Of a stretch of 64,000 nt of DNA, positions 47,801 to 56,018 are shown piece after piece. The translations under genes and the position numbers were made by a program. Origin of the DNA: Armatimonadota bacterium (lineage in GTDB: Bacteria; Armatimonadota; HRBIN16); assembly GCA_963677485.1 (NCBI GenBank), contig OY781964.1, forward strand, positions 4,320,001-4,384,000, given 5' to 3'. The first letter of the stretch is position 1. Every line of letters begins with the position of its first letter. The notes under the pieces are model-generated. The model saw nothing but the letters and a program-made list of their open reading frames with translations, was not told the origin of the DNA and searched no databases.

Positions 47801-50692
47801 AACGATCCGTCGCCAAACATTGACTTCATTGGAATAGCTGCTGGTGAGGGGCATACAGTTGGTTTAAAACGCGATGGCTCTGTAATTAGTTGGGGGCTAA
47901 ATGCATACAATCTGTTAATTACACCTGCTCCCAACCAGGATTTTACCGCCATAAGTGCAGCAGGATGCGTTACTGCAGGTCTTAAGCGGGATGGCTCAGT
48001 GGTCTGTTGGGGTGATAACTCCACAGGACAGTGCAATGTGCCTGCACCCAACGAGAATTTCATAGCCGTATCTGCGGGTGACTATCGTTGCACTGGTTTG
48101 AAGCGTGACGGCACATTAGTCACTTGGGGTGAAAACACATACGTGCCTGATATAAATCAGGACTTCATAGCTGTGGCCGTTGGACGTTCACAATCCATAG
48201 CGCTAAAACGTGATTGCTCTGTTGTTGCCTGGGGCAACAACTATTTCGGTCAACTCAATGTGCCTACTCCTAACCAGGATTTTGTGTCGATCGCGTCAGG
48301 AGAATGCCACAATGTTGGCTTGAAACGCGACGGCTCAGTGGTCTGTTGGGGGAACAATGTTTGGGGCCAATGCAATGTGCCTGAACCAAATAGTGACTTT
48401 GTGGCTATCGCTGCCTCATATTACCACTCAGTTGGTCTTAAACGCGATGGCACAGTTATACATTGGGGACAAGGTATCCAAGCAATATCGCCTACACAGG
48501 GTAAAGCTGGCGATGCTGTGACCATTCAAGGCATGTGCTTGACTGGTGCGTCTGCAGTGCTCTTCAACGGCACGAATGCTAGTTATACGGTGGAAGGTGC
48601 ATCATACATCAAGGCAATAGTGCCTAATGGTGCCTCTACGGGTAGAATCACTGTTGTTACCCCAGGAGGGGTTGCGACGAGTCCTGTAGACTTCGAAGTA
48701 TTTGAGAAGCCATCAATTACTTCATTTAGCCCAACTTACGGAAAAGCTGGTGAAGTTGCGACCATATCTATCAAAGGAACGAACTTCCTAGGAACAACAC
48801 TCGTAGCAGTGAATGGTATCGGAACTTCATTTACAGTAGTTAGCCCCACATCAATGGATGTCTATGTGTATTTAGGAACCTCAGGTCATATTTCCATCAC
48901 CACCCCCGGTGGAACAGCGACGAGTGAAACAGAGTTTACTGTATATCAATCACCATCTATCCTCTCATTCTCACCCACAAGTGGCAAGACAGGAGATAAG
49001 ATCACGGTTACAGGTACGAATCTGACCGCGGCATCAGTTGTATCGCTTAATGATATATCCTGTGATTTCACCGTGAACAGTGACACTACGATTAGTGCTA
49101 CCGTGCCGATCGGTGCGTCGACCGGTAAGATCACCGTAACCACGGTAGGCGGAACTGCCTGTAGTGCTGATGAGTTCGTTATTTATCAGGCTCCAACGAT
49201 CACATCATTCGCACCTGCAAGCGGTAAGGTAGGCGATAACGTCACTGTAATCGGTATGAATTACACCGATGTATCGGAGGTCGCATTCAATGGAACCACG
49301 GCTGCGTTTACGGTCAGTAATGCCACCTCAGTCATTGCTACAGTACCTATCGGTGCGACATCAGGAAAGATAACGGTAGTTACGGTAGGAGGTATGGCAA
49401 CTAGCTTGGAGGACTTTACTGTTATTCAACAACTGCCCAAGAGTGGAGCCATTACTGTATGGGGCGATAGCAGCAATGGGAAGTGCGACATACCCAGCGT
49501 TAACGAGGATTTCGTAACTGTTGCTGGTGGTGATATGCAAACCTTAGGTTTAAAAACTGATGGATCTATAGTCTGTTTCGGGCTGAAACACCCAGATATG
49601 TGCCTAGTGCCAGAACCTAATCATGACTATATCGCCATATCCTCGAGACGATATCTTTCAGTTGCATTAAGGAATGATGGTTCGGTGGTTTGTTGGGGAG
49701 TTGATGGACAACCACAGTGCACAATACCTGTACCGAACATGGGATTTACCTCTGTTGGGGTAGGCTGGTACCATGTTGTCGGATTGAAGAGCGATGGGTC
49801 TGTTGCTGTATGGGGATTAAACGATAGTGGTCAATGTGATGTACCTAGTGATAACAGTAACTTCGTTGCAGTGGCTGCGGGAGCCTTCCACAGTCTTGGA
49901 TTAAAAAAGGACGGGACGGTGGTAGGGTGGGGAAGGAATGAATGCAGTCAGTGCGAACCACCTTTTCCAAACAGCGATTTCATAGCTGTAGCTGCAGGCG
50001 ACTACCATTCCTTGGGCTTGAAAAGTGACGGTTCGATAGTATGCTGGGGTGGCTGGGATGTTTTTGCTACTGGGCAATGCCGTGTGCCGGAACCAAATAG
50101 GGATTTTGTAGCTATTGCTGCAGGAAGTCAACACTCCATCGGACTGAAACGAGATGGAACTATTGTGTGCTGGGGGTTGAACACCGACGGTCAATGCAGT
50201 GTTCCTTCGCCGAATCGAGGATTTATCGGTATAGGTGCAGGTGGTACTACGACAATAGCAATACGTGCTATTCAACCTATATCGGGACAGATGCAGTTGG
50301 GTAATTTCGTTGGTGATGTTTCATCTCAGCAATTGACAGCCACCATTTGCAATGTGTTTGATGCTAACACTAGCCAGATTCTGAAGCTATTACCCCAATC
50401 AGGCGGTTATTTCTCACTGTCAACCTACCTACAGCCACCATACGACATCCGTATTTCTGGTTCTCATTACCTTGCGAAGAAGATTACGAATGTGAGCGTG
50501 GATCAGAGCTTGAATGTCGCGCTAGTAAATGGTGATGCAGATGGAAATAACAGTGTTGACCTGTTTGATTACGCCGTGCTGGATGCTCATTTAAATACAG
50601 CAGATAACATGGCAGACCTAGACGGTAGCGGGCAAGTAAACCTGTTTGACTATGCGATCATCGATCAGAACTTCGGCGCAAGAGGAGACTGA
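44816..50692 (+). CDS. Large secreted/surface protein: IPT/TIG repeats, C-type lectin, RCC1/BLIP-II-like repeats and C-terminal dockerin-like motif
   Basis: Signal peptide; many 'PTITSFSP..G..GD.VTITGTNF...TPGGTATS..DFTV' units; lectin segment (EAEAVSVGGHLVTIESADENRWL...WEWVSG); repeats of 'AAG..HS.GLK.DGSVVCWG.N..GQC.VP.PN'; C-terminus GDADGNNSVDLFDY...ADLDGSGQVNLFDY. Start after AAGGAG at 44816. Confidence 0.9.
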   Translation: MSRLRLLTSPVWLSLLALLAIAQSSVAAVAPPDVTSFAPASAYEGEYGHTITITGSNFAGASSVNIGGHPASFRVVSDTIIKAEVPVSAYTYWIVVTTPGGIGYSKDNFVIKPIPAPTITSLSPTSAYVGEVGQTVTITGTNFKGVTTTKKFSGTTAVTIGGQNANFTVVNATTIKAIVPASASTYWITVTTSGGTAYSIDNFVINPVAIPSISSFSPVSSYAGESGSKVTINGQNFKGTGTVNGLFKVTSVLIGGSPASFNVVNDTTIMAVVPENVMYPIYPISVANSGGTGYSKDNYTVMSVPVPTITSFTPTYSCVGETRCKVSITGTNFKGKGSLKGLITTSSVMIGGTSASFKVVNDTSITAVVPVVVAYAAYPITVTTNGGTAYSNDNFIVKPIPAPTITSFSPSSGGVGDTVTITGTNFNGISAASDDFTGTSMVKIGGTPTSFTVVSDTSITAKVPANAAYPIYQISVATSGGTVFSASNFTINTLVPPVITSFFPTKGKAGDVVTITGKNFAETTSVKFNGLAASTFTVVSATSITATVPDDATSGKISVTTPGGTATSASNFTVLYTPTITSFSPISGKVGDIVTITGTNFTGATGVKFNGLSAVTFTVVSATSTSATVPDGATTGKITVTTPGGTATSADDFTVYQLPTISLFAPDSGKVGDVVTVTGTYLLGSSEVTFNGLSADAFTVVSATSITATVPTGATTGKIAVTTPGGTATSADDFTVNAAFVYTWHRYGSSEYALTSSRTLWWDNEAEAVSVGGHLVTIESADENRWLADTFANIYCIGYDGIQGGAIAQIGYYHDEQTGNWEWVSGKPVGYRNLYAMFPQGGALGYMHVRPHPDTTYSWNANPEHTVGENLAYGIIERPSSSIPSIISFSPTNGKPSDVVTIIGRFLSEAYAVSFNGVSANFTVNSDTSISATVPSGALTGKISVSAPGNVAISADDFTVLQSGAIAIAAGNQHTVELSSDGYLKFWGENNYGQCNDPSPNIDFIGIAAGEGHTVGLKRDGSVISWGLNAYNLLITPAPNQDFTAISAAGCVTAGLKRDGSVVCWGDNSTGQCNVPAPNENFIAVSAGDYRCTGLKRDGTLVTWGENTYVPDINQDFIAVAVGRSQSIALKRDCSVVAWGNNYFGQLNVPTPNQDFVSIASGECHNVGLKRDGSVVCWGNNVWGQCNVPEPNSDFVAIAASYYHSVGLKRDGTVIHWGQGIQAISPTQGKAGDAVTIQGMCLTGASAVLFNGTNASYTVEGASYIKAIVPNGASTGRITVVTPGGVATSPVDFEVFEKPSITSFSPTYGKAGEVATISIKGTNFLGTTLVAVNGIGTSFTVVSPTSMDVYVYLGTSGHISITTPGGTATSETEFTVYQSPSILSFSPTSGKTGDKITVTGTNLTAASVVSLNDISCDFTVNSDTTISATVPIGASTGKITVTTVGGTACSADEFVIYQAPTITSFAPASGKVGDNVTVIGMNYTDVSEVAFNGTTAAFTVSNATSVIATVPIGATSGKITVVTVGGMATSLEDFTVIQQLPKSGAITVWGDSSNGKCDIPSVNEDFVTVAGGDMQTLGLKTDGSIVCFGLKHPDMCLVPEPNHDYIAISSRRYLSVALRNDGSVVCWGVDGQPQCTIPVPNMGFTSVGVGWYHVVGLKSDGSVAVWGLNDSGQCDVPSDNSNFVAVAAGAFHSLGLKKDGTVVGWGRNECSQCEPPFPNSDFIAVAAGDYHSLGLKSDGSIVCWGGWDVFATGQCRVPEPNRDFVAIAAGSQHSIGLKRDGTIVCWGLNTDGQCSVPSPNRGFIGIGAGGTTTIAIRAIQPISGQMQLGNFVGDVSSQQLTATICNVFDANTSQILKLLPQSGGYFSLSTYLQPPYDIRISGSHYLAKKITNVSVDQSLNVALVNGDADGNNSVDLFDYAVLDAHLNTADNMADLDGSGQVNLFDYAIIDQNFGARGD

Positions 50693-51023
50693 GGCACCAA
50701 GTCTAACCGTACTTTATCACGTTTTGGTTCCTTACGTTTGGCGTAGCTGCAGTGGTGGTTATGGATAGTGTAGTTGAATATCGAGCATATGCGGATATCA
50801 TGGTATCCAATACTATGATGCTCATCGAAACTAGCAGCGATAATCGAATTCTACATCATAGCAGGCGGCCGGGCTGCCTGAAGTGTATGAAGCGGGTTGC
50901 AGATGCCGCAGTGGCTATCAATCGATACTGCCGTCGCTTGAGCACCCGGGCGAGCAGTCACTGCGGCTTCGAGAGCAGGCAGGATGGCCGATGAACCTAA
51001 GATGATAGTCAGGAGATTGCCTC

Positions 51024-52469
51024 ATGCAAGTCACATTGCTTCTTTGCCTTTTATCACTATTGTGCTGTTTACCATCGGGTGCCAGCGTGCTTGCTGACGG
51101 TGCCTTAGCCGATAACCCGAAGCTGCCCTGGAAACTGCTGTTTTCCGACAGTCAGGACGTCACTGACGTCTGGGGTAAGCTTGACTTCGGCGTCACACCG
51201 GTGAAGCTGCTCCGTGAGTGCGAGCATCCTGGGTTTACCGTGGTGGGCAGTTTCCCGCTGCCCGATGGCTCGTGGGAAGTATTTGGTCAGCAGATGACCG
51301 AGATCAAGCCCGGCAACGCGCGTGAGCGCATCATGAACTGGAAGCTGCTGAGGTGCACCACCCGCGATGGTGCTCACTTTGAGAACCTGCAGACTGTGTA
51401 TGAAGATTCCGCTGTTTACACAGACCACCTTGCGGTAGCCAGAAACGGCGACACCGGTGAGTATCTTTTGCTCAAGCTGAAAGTCGATATCTCAGGATTT
51501 GCCTACACCGCCTTCTTCAGTGCGGACGGAAAGAGCTGGAAGGAATATACCGGAAATCCGCTGTTCTACGATGGTGACGCGATGAGCCTGTTCTGGAGCC
51601 CCGTGCTGCACAGCTTTGTATGCATCAATAAGAGCCTGCAGCCCTTCCGTAAGCACATCATCGACCACGGCGGGCCCACTGGCTCACTGAAAGACGATTC
51701 GCTGCGTGATCGGCGCGTATTGATGATGCGGACCAGTCACGATGGCCGGAGCTGGAACCCCAATGTCTCACTGCCGGATGTCTGGGACCTTCAGGGCAAG
51801 AAGGGCTCCATACCCGCCAAATATCTCACGAAACCCGACAAGATCGATCCACCAGACTTGGAGTTCTACAGCGGGAACGCCTTTTGGTATTACGACCGCG
51901 CTTATATGATGGTGCTGAACTACGCACCGAGTGCCGCGGAACCGGGGAAGCACGCCCCGCAACTAGATAATGAGTGGTGGACCAGCCGTGATGGTCTGCG
52001 CTGGGATCGGCCCGCTCGAGGATTGAATGCTCTGGAGGTGTTTCCGCAGATTCCTCGCCTGGAGACCCATCCGATGGTGATGGGGGGAAACATCGTCTTT
52101 TGCCGGAACAACATGCTGTTGGGCATGCCAGAGGACCGCATCAGCTTTGTGGGCGCAAGGGCGAACGGCGAGTTCTCCACCAAGCCGTTTACCATGCCGA
52201 ACACGGGGGTATTGTTGAACGCTTCGGTACCCTCTGCAGACAAGAAATATCTGGCGGACAGAGCCTATCTGATGGTCGCCGTGTTGGACGAGAAGGGCAA
52301 GGTGATACCTGGGTTCGAAGCGGAGAAATGCATCATCCGAAAAGAGGATCGGATTGACATCCCGTTGAAGTGGGGCGAAGCCTCCGCACGACAGCTTGCC
52401 GGTAAGTCCGTTCGGCTGCGCTTTTTGCTGGGTAGTGCCAGCATTTATGCGGTCACCGCCGGTAAGTAG
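51024..52469 (+). CDS. Secreted hypothetical protein, probable beta-propeller glycoside-hydrolase-like fold
   Basis: Signal peptide; Asp-box-like repeats (SADGKSW, SHDGRSW, SRDGLRW); C-terminal 'GEFSTKPF...LLNA...IPGF...VRLRF' domain. Confidence 0.7.
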   Translation: MQVTLLLCLLSLLCCLPSGASVLADGALADNPKLPWKLLFSDSQDVTDVWGKLDFGVTPVKLLRECEHPGFTVVGSFPLPDGSWEVFGQQMTEIKPGNARERIMNWKLLRCTTRDGAHFENLQTVYEDSAVYTDHLAVARNGDTGEYLLLKLKVDISGFAYTAFFSADGKSWKEYTGNPLFYDGDAMSLFWSPVLHSFVCINKSLQPFRKHIIDHGGPTGSLKDDSLRDRRVLMMRTSHDGRSWNPNVSLPDVWDLQGKKGSIPAKYLTKPDKIDPPDLEFYSGNAFWYYDRAYMMVLNYAPSAAEPGKHAPQLDNEWWTSRDGLRWDRPARGLNALEVFPQIPRLETHPMVMGGNIVFCRNNMLLGMPEDRISFVGARANGEFSTKPFTMPNTGVLLNASVPSADKKYLADRAYLMVAVLDEKGKVIPGFEAEKCIIRKEDRIDIPLKWGEASARQLAGKSVRLRFLLGSASIYAVTAGK

Positions 52470-52496
52470 GTCGGAAATTGCGATTGTCGGTATTGC

Positions 52497-52536
52497 ACAA
52501 AACGGAGGGGGGACACATCTCTGTGTCCCCCCTCGT
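52497..52536 (-). terminator. Probable intrinsic terminator between convergent genes
   Basis: gaggggggacaca-tctc-tgtgtccccccTc hairpin with a short T run on the minus strand. Confidence 0.65.
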
Positions 52537-52558
52537 CATTCGGATTGCAGGCTACTGT

Positions 52559-54226
52559 TTAGTAACTGCTGGAGCGTTTGGCACTGCTTCGCTGTCCACC
52601 GAAGCCGCTAGAGGCGCGGGCAGACTTTGTGGTGACCCCAGACCGGGCGTATCCCTTGGATTGCACGCGGTCAGGCGTAGCCTTATACTGCGAGGCAGGG
52701 CTTGGCGTATAGTCTTCTTTATAGGCTGAAGGACTGTCGTAGTCGAAACCCTCTAGTTTCTGCCGTTTCAAGCGAGTGCCAAGTGCGCGTTCGATGGTAG
52801 CCACCATTGCATTGTCCGCCGGAGTGACCAGCGTGATGGCATCGCCTTCGCGTTCCATGCGTCCGGTGCGTCCCACACGGTGGATGTAGGCATCTGCCGT
52901 GTCGGGGATATCAAAGTTCATCACGTGTGAGATCGTGGCAACATCCAGCCCACGGGCCGCGATGTCAGTCGCTACCAGGATAGAGCATCTGCCCTGCTTG
53001 AAGTCGTCAAGGGCGTGCTGTCGTTGTATCTGCGATCTGTCAGAGTGCAGCTCAGCCGTTCCATATCCCGCATTGCGGATTTGCGCAGCCAGTTTGCTGG
53101 CTCGGTGCCTCGTGCGGGTGAATATCAACACGGAGTTGGTATCCGTCTCCTTCAGCATCCGCAGCAGCATACTTGTCTTCAGGTGCTGAGGGCAAGGGTA
53201 GAGCGCGTGTGAGATGGTCTTGGGAGGCGCTTGCAGGCTGATGTCAATCCTCTGTGGATCCGTCAGGGTGCTGTTGGCAAGCTTGGTTAGCTCTGGTGCA
53301 AAAGTGGCTGAAAACAACATGCCTTGTCGTTGTTCAGGCATACTGGCCAATATCTGCTTAATTCCGGGCAGGAAGCCCATGTCCAGCATGCGGTCGGCTT
53401 CATCCAATACCACCATATCGACCTGTGCGAAGTTGGTGTTCCGGCGCTCCATGTGGTCCATCAAACGGCCAGGGCAGGCGATGATGATCTCAGTGCCGCC
53501 GTGTAAGGCGAGTATCTGCGGTCTCATGCCAACACCACCGTAGACCGTTGCCGAACGGAGTTTGGTATGACGGCTTAGCTGTTTCACGATGCCGTTGATC
53601 TGCTCCGCCAGCTCACGCGTGGGTGTCAGGATGATGGCGCGTGTGCCATGCCTTGAGACCGGGTTAGCCAGCAGATGCTGAATAATAGGGATCACAAAAG
53701 CTGCGGTCTTCCCGGTACCGGTCTGAGCGGTGCCGATGAGGTCATGTCCAGCTAAAGCGATGGGTATTGTGGCGGCTTGCACCGGCGTGGGCGTTTCGTA
53801 GCCTGCGTCCTGTATGCCCCGTAGAAGCTGTTCATCAAGGGCCATGCTGGAAAACAGCACACCATCCTTGTGCTCGGTCACAGTGATCGGCTTTACTTCT
53901 GTCTTTGGCGTTTTAACATATTTCACAACCGGCGTGCGGTCGGGTGCAAGCTGGTTTTTAAAGCAGTCGGCGCATAAAATCGGCGTGTTGCCTCTAGGCC
54001 GGGTTCGTAATCGGGCCTCTTTGCCGCATTTGGAGCAGGGGGCTTTGAAAATCTCAACCGCGCCAGTCCGTTTGTTGGGTCTTTTGGTTATCTGTAGTTC
54101 ATGACATTTCGGGCATTGGTTGGGGAAGGGGAGGTTAAGTTCTTCAAACTCTTCTTGCAATTTCGCGCTGAAGGGGAATTCGTTGTGGCAATCTCGGCAC
54201 ACGTACGTACGGTCCTGATATCTCAA
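52559..54226 (-). CDS. DEAD-box RNA helicase (RhlE-like) with N-terminal zinc-ribbon domains
   Basis: Q motif (GYETPTPVQ), AQTGTGKT, PTRELA, DEAD, SAT, ARGLD and HRVGRTGR. The N-terminus carries CRDC...CPKC and CSKC-x17-CADC. TTG start at 54226 after AGGAG. Confidence 0.92.
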   Translation of the reverse strand: MRYQDRTYVCRDCHNEFPFSAKLQEEFEELNLPFPNQCPKCHELQITKRPNKRTGAVEIFKAPCSKCGKEARLRTRPRGNTPILCADCFKNQLAPDRTPVVKYVKTPKTEVKPITVTEHKDGVLFSSMALDEQLLRGIQDAGYETPTPVQAATIPIALAGHDLIGTAQTGTGKTAAFVIPIIQHLLANPVSRHGTRAIILTPTRELAEQINGIVKQLSRHTKLRSATVYGGVGMRPQILALHGGTEIIIACPGRLMDHMERRNTNFAQVDMVVLDEADRMLDMGFLPGIKQILASMPEQRQGMLFSATFAPELTKLANSTLTDPQRIDISLQAPPKTISHALYPCPQHLKTSMLLRMLKETDTNSVLIFTRTRHRASKLAAQIRNAGYGTAELHSDRSQIQRQHALDDFKQGRCSILVATDIAARGLDVATISHVMNFDIPDTADAYIHRVGRTGRMEREGDAITLVTPADNAMVATIERALGTRLKRQKLEGFDYDSPSAYKEDYTPSPASQYKATPDRVQSKGYARSGVTTKSARASSGFGGQRSSAKRSSSY

Positions 54227-54411
54227 TATGTGAAGCTCCTGGTTTTGGAATATTGCGTCCGACGCCTGAAGCCAGTAAGTCAGCACTGGAAATGCTTATT
54301 GACGAACCATGCCATTGCCCAAACAGCGTAACAATCCAACTATATTGTATCACATAATGGGAAATATGTACACTTTGACTGAGACTAAAAAGAGATGTCT
54401 GTCACAATGTG

Positions 54412-55752
54412 CTACCGTTTGATGCTCAGGGCAATATCATCCACATATTCTGGTGATTGAAGCTGCATACGCCCGCCAGGATGAGCCAGCGTTTGGATGC
54501 GCTCGGACTTGCCGGTGAGGGTGTTCACCCAGTTGATGCGATACCTCGCCTTGGGCAGATCGACCACGATGGTGACCTGCTTTCCTCCGCGGATGTATGT
54601 GGCATACTGTCGTCCTGGCTCCGCTAATGTCCGCGCGGTAATGCCAGTAGGAGAATCCAGGATGGAGACGCTGTTGTCTGGCGCCATCTTGATGAAGTTC
54701 AAGCCCTCGATGAACCTCTTCAACGCAGCCAGGGAGTTACGCAGCGGACGCCCGCCTGATCCAGGGGTGGGTGGTTCCACCTTAGCCGTGCCATCGGGAG
54801 CCGAAACGGTGAATGTGTAGTCCAGGTTGTTGTAGAGAGCCCCGCCAGCCATGATGAAGTCCCAGCCGTCTTGGCGGTAGACCTTATCACCCTGTCCTTT
54901 AAAGCCGGTTTCGTCGCAGCCTATCACGCCCTTGAACGAGCTATTCGCATTCACTGCGGTGGGAGGGTAGGCGTAATGGAAGTACAGTATCGAGATATTG
55001 GGGTCGGGGTCTTTCACCTTAGCGGATCCATTGGCGATGTTCTGAGCTATCAAGTGCCGGACCGGTGTGCTGCGCTCTGTGTCGGCGATGACCGCTGCGA
55101 TATGCTTCTGCCACTCCAACGTGACTCCGCCAAAGTAGGGCTCGTTGCATATCTCGTAGAACAGGTTCTCGTAGTTTCGCAATTCTGTGACAATCTTGCG
55201 TGTCATTGCTTCCTGAAGCTTTGTGAGGTCTTGGTGCATCAACGAATGCACCTCGTGAGCTGTGGCTGTGCCCACTCCGTTGATGTTGTTATCGGCTTTC
55301 ATGGGACTGAGGTTCCACATGGTGTCTTTATAAAACGGGCAGAACAGTGCGATCTCAACAAATACGCCTCGCCGTCCGGCCTCTTTCATGAAGGAGTGAA
55401 GGCGTGCAAAGTAGGCCTCATCCCAGCGGTTCAAGTCGAACTTATTACCACCACCGGCGTAACCAGGTTCAGCACTGCGGGCCCATGGGCAAATCAGCTT
55501 ACCTTTGGCGGGGGCTAGCGTGTTGTTTCGAATCTTGAAATCGCCAGCCACCTCGCAGTATGCACCGGTAAAAATACGGGTATAGTTCAGTCCGTTGCGC
55601 TTGAGCTCGTCCATATATGGCCTGTATGGGAAGTCCAGATTCAACAAAGCGCCATAATGCTCTGCGGATGTGATCAGAACCGTGGGTTTACCTCGATGAG
55701 CAAAATAGCGTGGATTGACCGGGTGAAGGGATATCGGACGAAGTGTGGCCAT
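54412..55752 (-). CDS. GH-A clan (GH5-like) glycoside hydrolase paralog 1
   Basis: YEICNEP (acid/base), HY, IGCDETG (nucleophile-like) and a C-terminal beta-sandwich; no signal peptide. Confidence 0.75.
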   Translation of the reverse strand: MATLRPISLHPVNPRYFAHRGKPTVLITSAEHYGALLNLDFPYRPYMDELKRNGLNYTRIFTGAYCEVAGDFKIRNNTLAPAKGKLICPWARSAEPGYAGGGNKFDLNRWDEAYFARLHSFMKEAGRRGVFVEIALFCPFYKDTMWNLSPMKADNNINGVGTATAHEVHSLMHQDLTKLQEAMTRKIVTELRNYENLFYEICNEPYFGGVTLEWQKHIAAVIADTERSTPVRHLIAQNIANGSAKVKDPDPNISILYFHYAYPPTAVNANSSFKGVIGCDETGFKGQGDKVYRQDGWDFIMAGGALYNNLDYTFTVSAPDGTAKVEPPTPGSGGRPLRNSLAALKRFIEGLNFIKMAPDNSVSILDSPTGITARTLAEPGRQYATYIRGGKQVTIVVDLPKARYRINWVNTLTGKSERIQTLAHPGGRMQLQSPEYVDDIALSIKR

Positions 55753-55813
55753 TATCGCATTCTCCTGTGGGTTGGATGTGCATTATGCCGGCTAATGGGT
55801 ACCGTGGTATGTT

Positions 55814-55889
55814 TGGTGGAGCAAGCGGGGCTCGAACCCGCGACCTCTACAATGCGAATGTAGCGCTCTCCCAGCTGAGCTACTGCCCC
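55814..55889 (-). tRNA. tRNA-Ala(CGC)
   Basis: Reverse complement GGGGCAGTAGCTCAGCTGGGAGAGCGCTACATTCGCATTGTAGAGGTCGCGGGTTCGAGCCCCGCTTGCTCCACCA: 76 nt, G3:U70 pair, anticodon CGC, encoded CCA. Confidence 0.97.
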
Positions 55890-55903
55890 AGATAACCATC
55901 GAT

Positions 55904-55932
55904 AGTATATCTATGAGCACGGATTTTGTCAA
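55904..55932 (-). promoter_or_regulatory. Sigma70-type promoter of tRNA-Ala
   Basis: Minus strand TTGACA (55932-55927), 17-bp spacer, TATACT (55909-55904). Confidence 0.8.
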
Positions 55933-56018
55933 ATGGACTTCCTGCAACAACACTCCAGGGACTGGAAGGTGGCATGAAGTAGCGACCTCAGCGGCGCTAC
56001 TTTATGCCTGCCATGATG

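Noticed and set aside
50750-51000. 80-aa ORF and imperfect inverted repeat (gccgcagtggct/agtcactgcggc) as a possible riboswitch
   Set aside because: I recognise no riboswitch consensus and the ORF has no motif. A covariance-model search would be needed.
55814-55889. tRNA as an integration site of a genomic island
   Set aside because: No integrase and no duplicated tRNA 3' end were found in the window.
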